Below, in pieces: positions 13,811-25,139 of a stretch of DNA of 64,000 nt. The stretch is taken from contig OX597816.1 in NCBI GenBank assembly GCA_951406725.2, positions 57,846,001 to 57,910,000 of the forward strand, written 5' to 3'. The notes below the pieces were generated by a model. The model was not told where the DNA came from. It did no database searches and saw nothing but the letters and a program-made list of their open reading frames with translations. The first letter of the stretch is position 1. Every line of letters begins with the position of its first letter. Both the position numbers and the translations under genes were made by a program. The DNA is from Octopus vulgaris (taxonomy: Eukaryota).

Positions 13811-14309
13811 AAGTCATGATGAAAAAGTAACTGGCTGTGTCACTATGAAAAAGCCTGACAGCTTCAGATGAGATTCTTTACCATATTGGTTTCACCTCCT
13901 GGTGTTCTCACTTCAAATCCTGCTGTTGTTTAGGTGCATGGGTTATAACATCACCACATGGTCCTTGATATTGCTGTAAGGTTTCCAGTTTTGGGGATAC
14001 TTTCCTCCTCATTCTTAGACGCCCTGACAAGGGTTACAAGGGCTGCCTTTTCTCCTGACTTCATGGTACCCACCATATAAGAATAAACTCCAACTTAATA
14101 TAAACTCTGAGATTAGTTACCATAAAGCTAGTTTTCATCATGAATTAATCCTGGCCCAGTTGTTCACAAACCACAAAAGAATTAAAAACAAAGTTAACTT
14201 GGAATTTGAACCGAGATTGCAGGAATTTGCTGCAATGACCATTGTAAATTAACCATTTTCCAGGATTGCAATAAGATGTCATTAAAAAATCCAGAATGAC
14301 TGGAAATGT

Positions 14310-14790
14310 GGAGGCGCAATGGCCCAGTGGTTGGGGCAGCAGACTTTGGTTGTTGTGAGTGTTAATTGAGCAAAGAAACCTAAAGTTCCACAAGGCTCTG
14401 GAAGGGGGTGGTGCCAGATCCTGCTGTACTGAAATAGACACAGGAGTGGTTGTGTGGTAAGTAGCTTGCTTACTAACCACATGGTTCTGGGTTTGGTCCC
14501 ACTACATGGCACCTTGGGCAAGTGTCTTCTACTATAGCCTTGGGCCGACCAAAGCCTTGTGAGTGGATTTGGTAGCCAGAAACTGGAAGAAGCCCATTGT
14601 ATATGTATACATATGTATATATTTGTGTGTCTGTCTGTCCCCGCCACCATTGCTTGACAACCAATGCTGGTGTGTTTACATCCCAGTAGGTTAGCGGTTC
14701 ATCAAAAGAGACCGATAGAAAAATTACTAGGCTTGCAAAGAATAAGTCCTGGGGTCATGTTCTCCAGCATGGCGGCAGTCAAAGGACTGT
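14310..14790 (+). mobile_element. Two adjacent SINEs: GAGGCGCAATGGCCCAGTGG-headed SINE (14310-14432) and CORE-type SINE (14436-14790)
   Basis: Match to 16665-16915 / 34560-34715 and to 4135-4578 respectively. Confidence 0.75.
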
Positions 14791-15094
14791 GAATGGCACA
14801 GTGCCAGGTGCCTTTTCTTCCTTTCTGTCTAAATCTCTGTGGCATGTTACAGATTAGATTAAGATTAACCCTCCAAGTTCTGACTTTCTTGGCATGATTT
14901 AATCCAGTGTCTGGACAACAGAGCTGTTTGTGCCCAGTTCTGATGGTGATTGTTATTAATGATACACAGTCAATCTCATGACACTCTGTCAGTTACGAGG
15001 ATGAGGGTTCCAGTTGATCCAATCAACGGAACAGCCTGCTCATGAAATTAAGAAAGAGGTTTTGAATCCAACTAAGGGATAGTATCTATCCAAT

Positions 15095-16241
15095 ATACTG
15101 TTGGTAGAATACCCAATTAATACACAAGTGTTGATTATTGCGTTTTTTTTTTTCTAGTTAATTTTAATTAAATTTTCAAATCATTAAAATGGAATGCCAA
15201 GTTAAAAAAACGAGCATTTTCGACACCTTTTTGCTTTTAATCAAAGCTGCTCGCGACATTTGTGCTGTGTATGGAGAGGGTGCCATAGCTGATTGAACCG
15301 CCAAGTTCAAAAATGGAAATTTTGACCTCAAAGATCCATGTCATTCTGGCTGTCCAAATGAGTTCGATAAAGAGCGATTAAACCAACTTTTGCACGAAAA
15401 TTCTCGTCAAACGACAAGGGAACTGGCAGAGAAAATGGAATGCTCCCACACTGCTATAGAGAAGCTTCTTCACCCGATGGGTAAGGTTCAGAAGTATGGC
15501 GCATGGGCTCCGAATGCTTTAAGTGACACCAACAAAAATCAACGAACCACAATCTCTGCTGGTTTGCTTGCTAGTCACCGCTCAACTCATGGACACAAGC
15601 AACGATTTCTTTACCGAATTGTTACTGGCAACGAAAAATGGTGCCTGTACAGCAATAAGAAGCAGCGTAAGGAATGGCTTACCCCGGTAAACAAGATCTT
15701 CATCTACGTAAAATGATGTTGTGCATATGGTGGGACTGGGAAGGAATTATCCATTACGAATTGCTTGAATGGAACCAAACGGTCAATGCTGAATTCTATG
15801 TTCAACAGATAGAACGAGTCACACGGCTATCCAAGAGAAAAGACCTAATCGGCAATATGGAGTTCTTCTGCTGCACGACAATGCCCACCCTCATATCACC
15901 AATATGATCAAAGAAGCCATTCAAACGCATGGCTGGGAAGTGCTGCCAAACTCACCTGATTTGGCACCAACAGATTTCCACCTCTTTCGATATCTTTCAA
16001 ATGCTATGCGCGGAGTTTCGTTCAATACTGATGCAGAATTGAGAGCTTGGTTGGATCAATTTTTCGAGTCGAAATCGGGTGATTTCTACCGAGGCATTGA
16101 AAATCTTGTTGAATGTTGGGAAGAAGTTGTAAACAACAGGGGTGCATATATTATTGATTAATGAGTTGTTATTTTTTTATATTAAACCTTTATAAAAATT
16201 AAATTTAAAAAAACAGTGGGAACTTAGTAGCCAACCTAATA
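15095..16241 (+). mobile_element. Degenerate mariner element, transposase relic 15189-16161
   Basis: WAPNAL, IVTGNEKW, HDNA and SPDLAPTDFHLF motifs with several frameshifts; right TIR GGGAACTTAGTAGCCAACCTAATA, left TIR eroded. Confidence 0.88.
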
Positions 16242-16664
16242 CATATATATTTCTGTGAGAGTCAGAGGTTGGGAAACCAACCAAAGGATAGTGCCTATCC
16301 ATTATACTGCTGGTAGTGTACCACATTGTTCGGGGTTCTGTCCCACTGCGTGACACCACCTTGGGTAAGGGTCTTGTGAGTGGATTTGGTAGATGGAAAC
16401 TGAAAGAAGCCCATTGTGTATGTGTTGGACGGTTCAACTGGGGTCTGGGAAGCCAGAAGGCTGCACCAGGCCCAGTCTGATCTGGCAATGTTTCTACAGC
16501 TGGATGCCCTTCCTAACGTCAACCACTCCGTGAGTGTAGTGGGTGCTCTTTATGTGCCAGACGAGGCTGGCAAACGGCCACGATCAGATGGTGCCTTTTA
16601 CGTGCCACCGGCACGGGGGTCAGGCTAGGCTGGCAACGGCCATATATATACATGTATATATATA

Positions 16665-16915
16665 TCACCGTGACCGACCAGGCTTCGCATTGTTTTAGCC
16701 TTCAAATGATGCCACCCCATTGGCTAAGCGAGCAGGCTAACAGAAGAAAGAGTGAAAGGAAGTTGTGGCGAAAGAGTACAGCAGGGATCGCCACCACCCC
16801 CTGCCGGAGCCTCGTGGAGCTTTAGGTTTTTTCGCTCAATAAACACTCACAACGCCCAGTCTGGGAATCGAAACTGCGAGTCCGCTGCCCTAACCACTGG
16901 GCCATTGCGCCTCCA
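16665..16915 (-). mobile_element. tRNA-derived SINE (GAGGCGCAATGGCCCAGTGGTTAGGGC head)
   Basis: A/B-box-like head on the minus strand; further copies at 14310 and 34560. Confidence 0.75.
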
Positions 16916-16920
16916 CATAC

Positions 16921-16953
<33 letters not shown>

Positions 16954-17079
16954 TGCAGGAGTGGCTGTGTGGTAAGTAGCTTGCTTAACAACCACATTCT
17001 ACAAGACATATAGTGGTATCACAGATATTCTCAAATACCCAAGAGAAGCCCGACAGATATTAGATAGTTTCCGTTGCCT

Positions 17080-17565
17080 AAGTGACTTAATTGATGGTGG
17101 AGAAGGGTGCTCGGAAAATGTAGAATAAGAACTGGCAGGGAGGGTTCTGAGAGCTTTTACCTCTGTTCATAACAAAGGTCCTTATTCTCAGAGTAACAGG
17201 CAGATTGTATAGCGCTTGTGTATGAAGAGCTATGCTACATGGTAATGAAGTGTGGACTGTGAATGCAGAGGACATACATGTGAAGGCTTAAAAGAAATGA
17301 AGCCAGCATGCTTGGCTGGATGTGCAAAGTTAGTATGAATGTATGACAAAGTGAAAATGTGTTGAGAGAAAAATTGGGTGTATGATGTATCAGCTGTAGT
17401 AAGAGAGAAGACTATGCTAGTTTGGTCAGGTCATGTGATGCATATGGAACATGTGGAAAGAGAAGTGCCAGGAAGACATGAATTGAAGTGATGAAGAACG
17501 GCCTTCATGGAGCAAATGACATGAGATTTGCTGTGCTTGAGGAGACCCATCAAGCTAAGTAAAAT
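17080..17565 (+). mobile_element. RTE-clade LINE ORF C-terminal fragment
   Basis: Degenerate GRLYSACV...MLHGNEVW and PGRHE-type motifs; homologous to 25480-25880 and 26440-26710. Confidence 0.65.
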
Positions 17566-17924
17566 TGAGGCCATAAGTGAATATTGTCTTTAGCCCTTTT
17601 CCCCTCCTAACAGCCCTCCATTCACCTGTGTTCACCTCCTCCCATCTTCCTAACAAACCTGCACATAATCTGTCCCTGATTAATCTCTTCCTATTCCCCC
17701 TGTCCATCCCTTTCTCCTCTGTCATTTTCCATCTAAGGCAGTGATCCTCAACCATTTTTTGTCACCTTTGGTCCTCCCCGATTCTGGTTTTACTCAGGTG
17801 GAGACCCACTGCCAGTCAAAGCTTAAACAATCCACTTACAGACATTGGTTTGCTTGGGACTAGAGTAGAGGGCACCTGCTCCAGGACTGAACCTGAAACT
17901 GTGTGGTTGTTATACAAGCTTCTT

Positions 17925-18193
17925 CACCACACAGCCATCCCTTACCTCTCCAACACCACCCTCCTCACCGGCACCCATCATCGACTCCTTCACCTGCACC
18001 AATATCATCTATTGCATCTCCTGCTCTCTCTGCCATTCCCTGTACATCGGACAAACGGGACGCCGCTTGGCTGACCGGTTCGCGGAACACCTCCGAGACA
18101 TCCGCCTCGCCAATGGCACACCAGTCTCACGCCATTTCCGCTCCACCGGTCACTCCTTGCAACACCTGTCTGTGTTCGGATTGTCCTTGCACA
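17925..18193 (+). mobile_element. Penelope-like element GIY-YIG endonuclease fragment
   Basis: Translates FTCT-NIIYCISCSLCHSLYIGQTGRRLADRFAEHLRDIRLANGTPVSRHFRSTGH. Confidence 0.85.
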
Positions 18194-18454
18194 TTAAGAT
18201 AACTACATAAACTAATAGAATAAAATAATGAAGAAATGGTAAAATTATAATTACACATTAAATGATCTTTTATTTGCTTTATAAACAACTCGACTTTCCT
18301 CTTTAATGTACCCCCACCCTTATGAGTGGTCATGTCCTTTTCTAGCCCTTTTCACATTCCCGCTATCTTAATGAAAACTTTTGTTTTAATCAATTTAATA
18401 TACTTTCTGTCAACATTTGTATACCAAAATGTTTTATTCCTTTCATGAAGGTGT

Positions 18455-18973
18455 TTAAAATATATAATAGAGAAACAATTCTTAACCCTTTTCTTACCAG
18501 CCTACCTGAAAAAGTCTTTCGCTCTGTAGTACAAATGTCTTGTTTTCATAGGTTTTGAATTAAAATCTTCTTAGTCACAATTCATGTTCCTAACACTAGT
18601 TTAATGATAACTAAGTGATTTTAGTAAATTCTTTGTTATATTTAAAATTAATTGAAAGAAACACAGAGCATCTCAACAGAAATATGGTAAGAAAAGGGTT
18701 AAAATATATAATAGAGAAACAATTCTTAACCCTTTTGATAACAACCAGGCTGAAACCGCTTCTGGCTCTGTGGTACAAAAGTCTTGTTTTCATAAGTTTT
18801 GAATTAAAATCTTCCACCAAATCTTAGTCACAATTTATGTTCCTAACACTATAACTAAGTGATTTTAGTAAATCCTTTGTTATATTTAAAATTAATTGAA
18901 AGAAACAAAGAGCATCTCAAAATAAATATTGTAACAAAAGGGTTAAAATATATAATAGAGAAACAATTCTTAA
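18455..18973. mobile_element. Tandem pair of TTAA-specific (piggyBac-type) MITEs at 18486-18698 and 18730-18942
   Basis: CCCTTT...AAAGGG ends flanked by TTAA; same family as 48639-48858; separated and flanked by three identical 31-bp segments. Confidence 0.85.
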
Positions 18974-19925
18974 ATTACAATAACAATTTGTGTTTTTACT
19001 TACCACCAGGGCAACAGATGAGAAGGAAGATAAGAAGACAGACACAAAGGTGTGCCTAGGGAGAGTCATTGGACCAATATTGCTAACATACACACGCTGA
19101 CTGAATTCCACTCCTTTATTGTTAGTCAAGTGGTTAACTAGCCAACTAATTATTCAATTGTTTTGTTTTTGTTAAACAAATGACTAATTAATTGGATATT
19201 TAGCTGATTGACTAATGATAAAGAAGTGGAATTGAACCAGTGTGTGTGTGTGTTAGCAAGATTGGCGCAATGACTCTCCCAAGATGCAACAAAATTTGTT
19301 TCAACACATGAATTCACACAAAGAATCTTGCAAACCAGATGCAAAAATATAAAATAAAGATGTGCATTTACATAGAATTGAATGATTTAAATCAAAATGT
19401 ACTATATCAAAAAAAGAAAAAAAAGTACAAGCACACATGGTATAAAGTATAAAATAAAAAGAAAAAAGATGCAATCCTCCCGAAACAGGATGATCTCTGG
19501 GGCCAATTCATGAACCCCACCATCCTAGAGCAAGAACCTTCTCTCGACTCACATGTTTGAGTGGTGCTATTCATTCTTACCATTTCCACCACTTTCTCCC
19601 ACCTTCCAATAAATTCATTCGAAAACGCCTGTCCCTACCCTCACCTTCTTATCAAATCAAAACTTGAAAAATTGATGGAGGTTTTACCAAAGAGGATAAT
19701 CCTTTTACAGACCTTTCAGTCTCTGCAACCAGACTGAGGACTGCCTGGTTAAAGCAGAGTCATCGAGGGTCATCATTACTGTGGACTTGGCCAATAGATG
19801 TGGCCATGTTCCAATACATCTCCACCACCATCTATTTTTCTTTCTCATTCCTATCCCTAATGAGGCAGCCAAGTGCCTCCTCTATATGAAAACACCTGTT
19901 TTCATCTCTCTATTATACTCTAAGC

Positions 19926-22765
19926 CAGGGGTCTCCAAAGTACGGCCCGCCAAGGTTTTTAATCCGGCCCGCCGAGCTGTCCTCCAAAATTATAAAACAA
20001 ATGTCGAAAAACAAGCCTTGCCGAAATCATACAAAAACAAATATACTTTACACCCCTTTTAATACGTTTGACAAATATAGTACAGCAAATAGACGCAAGA
20101 CGACGCTAATTGATTTGCCATCAATTAATGTCTTTAAATTGCGCCGGCGAATTAAAAATTTATACACTAAACTTTAGTGTAAATATAGGTTCTTTTCTAC
20201 TCCCCCCGTTTTAACTGACCCATCAGAACCACCATAAAATGAATTAACTTCGCTATGGAGCTACCTATCATTCATCTTAGATAATAGGCGATTGTCAGTG
20301 AGATGGATGGTGCTGCTTACAATGAAGCAGAGATTCAATTTCTAGCTTTATTGATGTCGCAGAAAAGTCAACCTATTCCGTCAACTGTCGAGAGAGCAGA
20401 TACGACAAGTATGACGTTAATAAAAGTCCCGTGCCTAGTATAATAAAAGAAGACAAATATCGATTTATTGATGTTACCTACATCTCACGAGCGATGAATA
20501 GAGAGGGTTGAGCCTGACGTTGTGTGGTGGTTTCTAATCCTGGTGCAGTCGCCAATCAGCGTGGAGTAAAGTTCGATGCGCATTCCGTCAGTCAGCACAG
20601 ACTTGGCATTTTCGTTGTGCACAAGTGTGAGTCATTTGTCGTCGTCGCTGCCGAAGTGAATGCACGTATCGAGTGACCTGTGAATATTGTTTTTACTTGT
20701 TTCGTCCTTTTACATATATCGTTCGAGCAAAATCTGTCGACCCATGGTAAAAATGTTAGCTCAAGGAAGAAAACGAAAAATCGACTCTGAGTGTAGAGTT
20801 TTTAAGGAACAATGGAACATAGACTATTTTGTCATAGAGTCAAACAACAAGGCACTATGCGTTATATGCACCGACACAATTGCAGTACTTAAAGAGTACA
20901 ACATTCGGAGACATTATGAAAAAAAGCATTCATCACAGTACTACCAATTCATTGGACAGCTACGTAAAGAGAAATTTGACAAATTAAAGAAGAATTTATC
21001 ATCAATGCAGTTTGTTTTCAAGAAGAAGGCTGTAGAAAAAGAGAGAGCAACAAGAGCAAGCTTCCATGTTGCTAACCTTTTGGCGAAGAAAGGTAAGCCA
21101 TTTACAGATGGTGAACTTATTAAAAAGTGCTTGAATGAGGTAGCTAAGGAAATGTGTCCAGAAAACGTAGATTTATTTTCCGCAATTAGTCTTTCTGCGA
21201 ACACTGTTGCTCGTAGGGTTGAACATATTGAAAGAAATATTAAATCACAGCTAAAAGACAAAGCCAGCAAGTTTGTATGCTTTTCTGTTGCACTTGATGA
21301 GTCAATTGATGTATCAGACACATCCCAATTGTTATTGTTCATCAGAGGAATAAATGCCAATTTTGAGATTACTGAGGAACTTGTATCTGTGCACAGCATG
21401 CATGGAACAACAACAGGCATAGATATTTTTAGAGAAGTGGAAAAGTCAGTGGCTGAGTATAATTTGGAATGGAAAAAACTAAAATGCATAACAACAGATG
21501 GTGGCAGAAATATGTGTGGAACCAAAAAGGGCTTAGTTGGGCAAATTAACAAAGTAATTGAGAATTCCGGTGGATTGAAACCTTTGGTATTGCATTGTAT
21601 TCTTCATCAGCAAGCACTGTGTGGAAAGCATCTTGATTTATCATCTGTATTAGATCCTGTGATTTCCACTGTTAACTACATAAGATCTCATGGACTCAAA
21701 CATCGCCAATTTCGTGATTTCTTGGAGGAAATGAATGCTGAGTTTCCAGACCTACCTTACTATACTTCAGTAAGATGGCTTAGCTATGGAAAAATTCTGG
21801 CTAGATTTTTTGAGCTTCGAACTGAAATTGAAATATTTTTAAATGAGAAAAACCATTCACAGGTGTTGCTCAAAGACAGTGAATGGCTCTGGAAATTAGC
21901 ATTTTCAGCCGATTTAACTATGCATCTCAATGATTTCAACCTACGGATACAAGGTGAAACTTCACTCATCTGTGATTTGTACTCAAAGGTGAAAGCTTTT
22001 CGTAAGAAATTAATACTATTTGAAAGTCAGTTAACAAGAAGCTGCTTTACTCATTTTTCACGATGTGACAAATATAGACAGGAAGCTGCCACTCCATTTC
22101 CAAACTTGTTTGCTCAAGATGTCATTTTAGCTTTGAAACAACAGTTTGAAGAACGTTTTTCTGATCTTGATGCATGTTCTTCAAAACTAAGAATTTTTGA
22201 AAATCCATTTAACTCTGTTATTGGAGACTTACCTTCTGAGTTACAAATGGAAGTTATTGATTTGCAATCCAATGACATCCTGAAGGACAAATATAAAGAG
22301 GGAAATTTGATTGAATTCTACAAATGCCTTCCATCCGATCAATTTCTTCATTTAAGGAGGTTTGCCTGTGAATTCATTTCAGTTTTTGGCACCACATATT
22401 TGTGTGAGAAGACTTTTTCAAAGATGAAATACACAAAATCCTGCTACAGATCACAATTGTCTGATGAACATTTAAATGCATTGCTTGTTATTGGAACCAC
22501 TCATTTTGAACCTCAGTTGGACAAAATTTTGTCAGAAATGAAACAATTTCATGTTTCCCCTATTGATCAAAGTTAAAAAAAACATGTTAATTGTTACTGA
22601 TATTATATACATTGTGATTATGTACTGAATAAATAACCTTTTTTAATTATTAATTCACTATTTATTTATATTATTTTGGTAAAATAAATAATTTAGAACC
22701 TTGGCCCCCGTAGCTTTAAAAATTCAGCAATGTGGCCCTCCGCTGGAAAACTTTGGAGACCCCTG
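19926..22765 (+). mobile_element. Intact-looking autonomous hAT transposon (Buster/SPIN/GTF2IRD2-like)
   Basis: Perfect 16-bp TIR CAGGGGTCTCCAAAGT; perfect 8-bp TSD CTCTAAGC (19918-19925, 22766-22773); 2840 bp long. Confidence 0.97.
20744..22576 (+). CDS. hAT transposase, 610 aa from the first ATG
   Basis: Uninterrupted ORF: GRKRK basic motif, zinc-finger-like CVIC...RRHYEKKH, ALDES, TTDGG, CILH, VRWLS, CEKTFS and C-terminal dimerisation region. Confidence 0.95.
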   Translation: MVKMLAQGRKRKIDSECRVFKEQWNIDYFVIESNNKALCVICTDTIAVLKEYNIRRHYEKKHSSQYYQFIGQLRKEKFDKLKKNLSSMQFVFKKKAVEKERATRASFHVANLLAKKGKPFTDGELIKKCLNEVAKEMCPENVDLFSAISLSANTVARRVEHIERNIKSQLKDKASKFVCFSVALDESIDVSDTSQLLLFIRGINANFEITEELVSVHSMHGTTTGIDIFREVEKSVAEYNLEWKKLKCITTDGGRNMCGTKKGLVGQINKVIENSGGLKPLVLHCILHQQALCGKHLDLSSVLDPVISTVNYIRSHGLKHRQFRDFLEEMNAEFPDLPYYTSVRWLSYGKILARFFELRTEIEIFLNEKNHSQVLLKDSEWLWKLAFSADLTMHLNDFNLRIQGETSLICDLYSKVKAFRKKLILFESQLTRSCFTHFSRCDKYRQEAATPFPNLFAQDVILALKQQFEERFSDLDACSSKLRIFENPFNSVIGDLPSELQMEVIDLQSNDILKDKYKEGNLIEFYKCLPSDQFLHLRRFACEFISVFGTTYLCEKTFSKMKYTKSCYRSQLSDEHLNALLVIGTTHFEPQLDKILSEMKQFHVSPIDQS

Positions 22766-22898
22766 CTCTAAGCTCTCAACTGGCACAAAACCACCTCCTT
22801 CAGTGTCACTTCCTCTCTCAGTATTTAACACTGACAATTTTACGCTTTTTGTATTTTTTTTATTAAACTGAAAAAAATAAAAAAAAATTTTTTTTACT

Positions 22899-23151
22899 TC
22901 CAAATATATGCGGTGTGTGTTTATTTGGCAAAAAATAGTTTTTTTTTGTTGCCAAATATATGGTGCGTGTGTTTATTTGGCAAAAAATAAATAGTTTTTT
23001 TTTGTTGCCAAATATATAGTGCATGTGTTTATTTGGCAAAAAATATTGCTTTTTTTTTGGTTAAAAAAATAGGGTGTGTGTGTTTATTTGGCAAAAAATA
23101 AATTTTTTTTTTTTTTTGTTGCCAAATATATGGTGCGTTGTTTATTTCAAC
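22899..23151. repeat. Minisatellite of five ~52-58-bp hairpin-forming units
   Basis: Unit GCCAAATATATGGTGCGTGTGTTTATTTGGCAAAAAATA(T)nGTT with GCCAAATA/TATTTGGC inverted arms. Confidence 0.85.
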
Positions 23152-23240
23152 ATAAGATTTCACATCAGGAATCTTGCAACACATATTCATAAATAAATAC
23201 TACATTTTCAATAAATAAACTTCTAAATGGTCAGCTATTA

Positions 23241-24791
23241 TCATGACTCACTGTTGAGCAAAGTCGCAAAAAAATTTTTCACAAGAGAGCAACCTTCTTG
23301 AAATTTAACACTTGGTAAGATCTTCAATTGGCTTGGTATGTCTTCATCTTTGCTAAGAACCATTATTTTTTGACAGCCCTTATATTTCATAGATAAGATC
23401 TCTTCTATGAAGAAATTACGAATATTAAAACCCTTTGACAAACAAATAACAATAATTAAACTTTGGTTAAAAATCTTTAGCTGGGTTTTGATTTTGTCTT
23501 GTCCATAGAAATTGTCAGTGTTGTCAATGATACGTAAACCAAACTTTGGATTTTGGAACGATTCTAGCTCTTTCCTGTCGGAGAAATATTTAGTAAAAAA
23601 ACAAACATCATAGGAAAAATTTTCATTCAATTCCTTGAAGGTGATTTGTGATTTTAAAGCCAACAACTGCTTCAAGCAATGCTGACATATTTCACTATCA
23701 TTTGAGACAAAAGCAAATCTTAAAAACGACCCGATCCATATCTCTCTTTCTCTGTATTTTACATAAATATCTTTCTGCAGGATAGCTAAAATTTCCTCCC
23801 GTGGCAATGACTCAGTTTTGCTTTTAAGCATGCTTTGGGGAGAACGTGTTTTGTAATTTTGAATATGATACAGCATCATTTTTGCCAGATCTTTTAAAGG
23901 GATCGAGATTGTATTTTTCTTGGTTTGTACTAACTGTTCTTGGGCCTTCTCAAATTCATTTTTATTTATTAAATATAATGCATTCAAACAAGAGATAAGA
24001 GGATTAAATCTGTCAAGTTTAACAGCTTCTGCAATATAATGTGGTTGTGTTTTAGAAGAGATCGAAGCCAAAAAATAAAAGGACATGGGTTGAGGTCGTA
24101 TAGAATTGATCTTCTCAAGATAGATTCTAGCCTTCTCATAATCATTCTGCCTGATGAAATAATTAGCTATTTTAAGTAAAACTGATGTGTTAGTTATTTC
24201 ATCAACTGGTGTGCTAATTCTCCATTTATCTATCTCCAAGTATTCTGCTTTAATTTCTTCATCTTGTGGAAGTAATTTCGATGCTCCATGCAAATATTCC
24301 TCGTACTCTTCAATGAAATCATCGCTCAACTTTCGTTTAAGTTTAGCTATATGTAGCAAAACTTTGCCATTTTTTGAATTTGATTTTATTGACTCTTCGA
24401 AACACTCCAAAGCGCTTTCATACAGTTCTGGATGCAGACGGCTGAGGGCATAACCTAAACAGGCATAAGCTTCATCAATTCCCAAACAATCGCCTAGTTC
24501 CCTGAATGATTTTTCAGCTATTATATGACGCTTTTTTTCCAAACACCAACAAATATAGTTAATTTTGTATATAAATCTATTCTCTGGCTTTTCAAATTCC
24601 TGTTTCAAGAATTTACGAAGAGAATCATGCCAAATATTCTTTTTATACCGTTCTTCACAGCTTTCTGATTCTACTTTTTTCCTAAGAGTCTGGAAAAGTT
24701 CTTCACTGGTTTTATATAAGTCTTTTTTTTTCAAATAGTCAAATATTTTGAAATGATGAGGACACTGATCTAGTGTACACTTAAGATCCAT
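23241..24791 (-). CDS. IFIT/TTC22-like TPR protein with C-terminal TIR domain, 516 aa, single coding exon
   Basis: N-terminal LDQCPHHF; TPR helices EAYACLGYALSRL...ALECFEESIKSNSKN and VLLKIANYFIRQNDYEKARIYLEKI; TIR at aa ~392-512 (FSYDVCFF, FGLRI..D..YGQD.I, SLIIVICLSKGF...FFIEE, IPSQLK); candidate acceptor TTTCAG 9 nt upstream of the ATG. Confidence 0.8.
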   Translation of the reverse strand: MDLKCTLDQCPHHFKIFDYLKKKDLYKTSEELFQTLRKKVESESCEERYKKNIWHDSLRKFLKQEFEKPENRFIYKINYICWCLEKKRHIIAEKSFRELGDCLGIDEAYACLGYALSRLHPELYESALECFEESIKSNSKNGKVLLHIAKLKRKLSDDFIEEYEEYLHGASKLLPQDEEIKAEYLEIDKWRISTPVDEITNTSVLLKIANYFIRQNDYEKARIYLEKINSIRPQPMSFYFLASISSKTQPHYIAEAVKLDRFNPLISCLNALYLINKNEFEKAQEQLVQTKKNTISIPLKDLAKMMLYHIQNYKTRSPQSMLKSKTESLPREEILAILQKDIYVKYREREIWIGSFLRFAFVSNDSEICQHCLKQLLALKSQITFKELNENFSYDVCFFTKYFSDRKELESFQNPKFGLRIIDNTDNFYGQDKIKTQLKIFNQSLIIVICLSKGFNIRNFFIEEILSMKYKGCQKIMVLSKDEDIPSQLKILPSVKFQEGCSLVKNFFATLLNSES

Positions 24792-25139
24792 AATGACTGG
24801 CTGAAATATCCCACTGCTCTCAGTTTTTTAAAGATTTATTGGTACAGATCTGGAGTTTATATGTGCCAGCCCTGTAGTAAAGAAAAGAAAAAGTTAAAAT
24901 TAGCACAAAATGGAAAAAAACAATACATAAAAAAAAAGAAAGAAGATCCAAAAGTGAGAAAGAATTTGGTGATAGGGATTAGAGGTTTTATTAGATTTGA
25001 AGGGTTATTGGAAGGATTCTCACAGACCATGCAATGTCTAACCAAAAGATTCCTTTTCAAATCCAAAACAGACAACTTTTGTAAGAAATGAAAATATCAG
25101 TTCCAATCACCAAATTCAATCATTATCATTGTTTTATCA

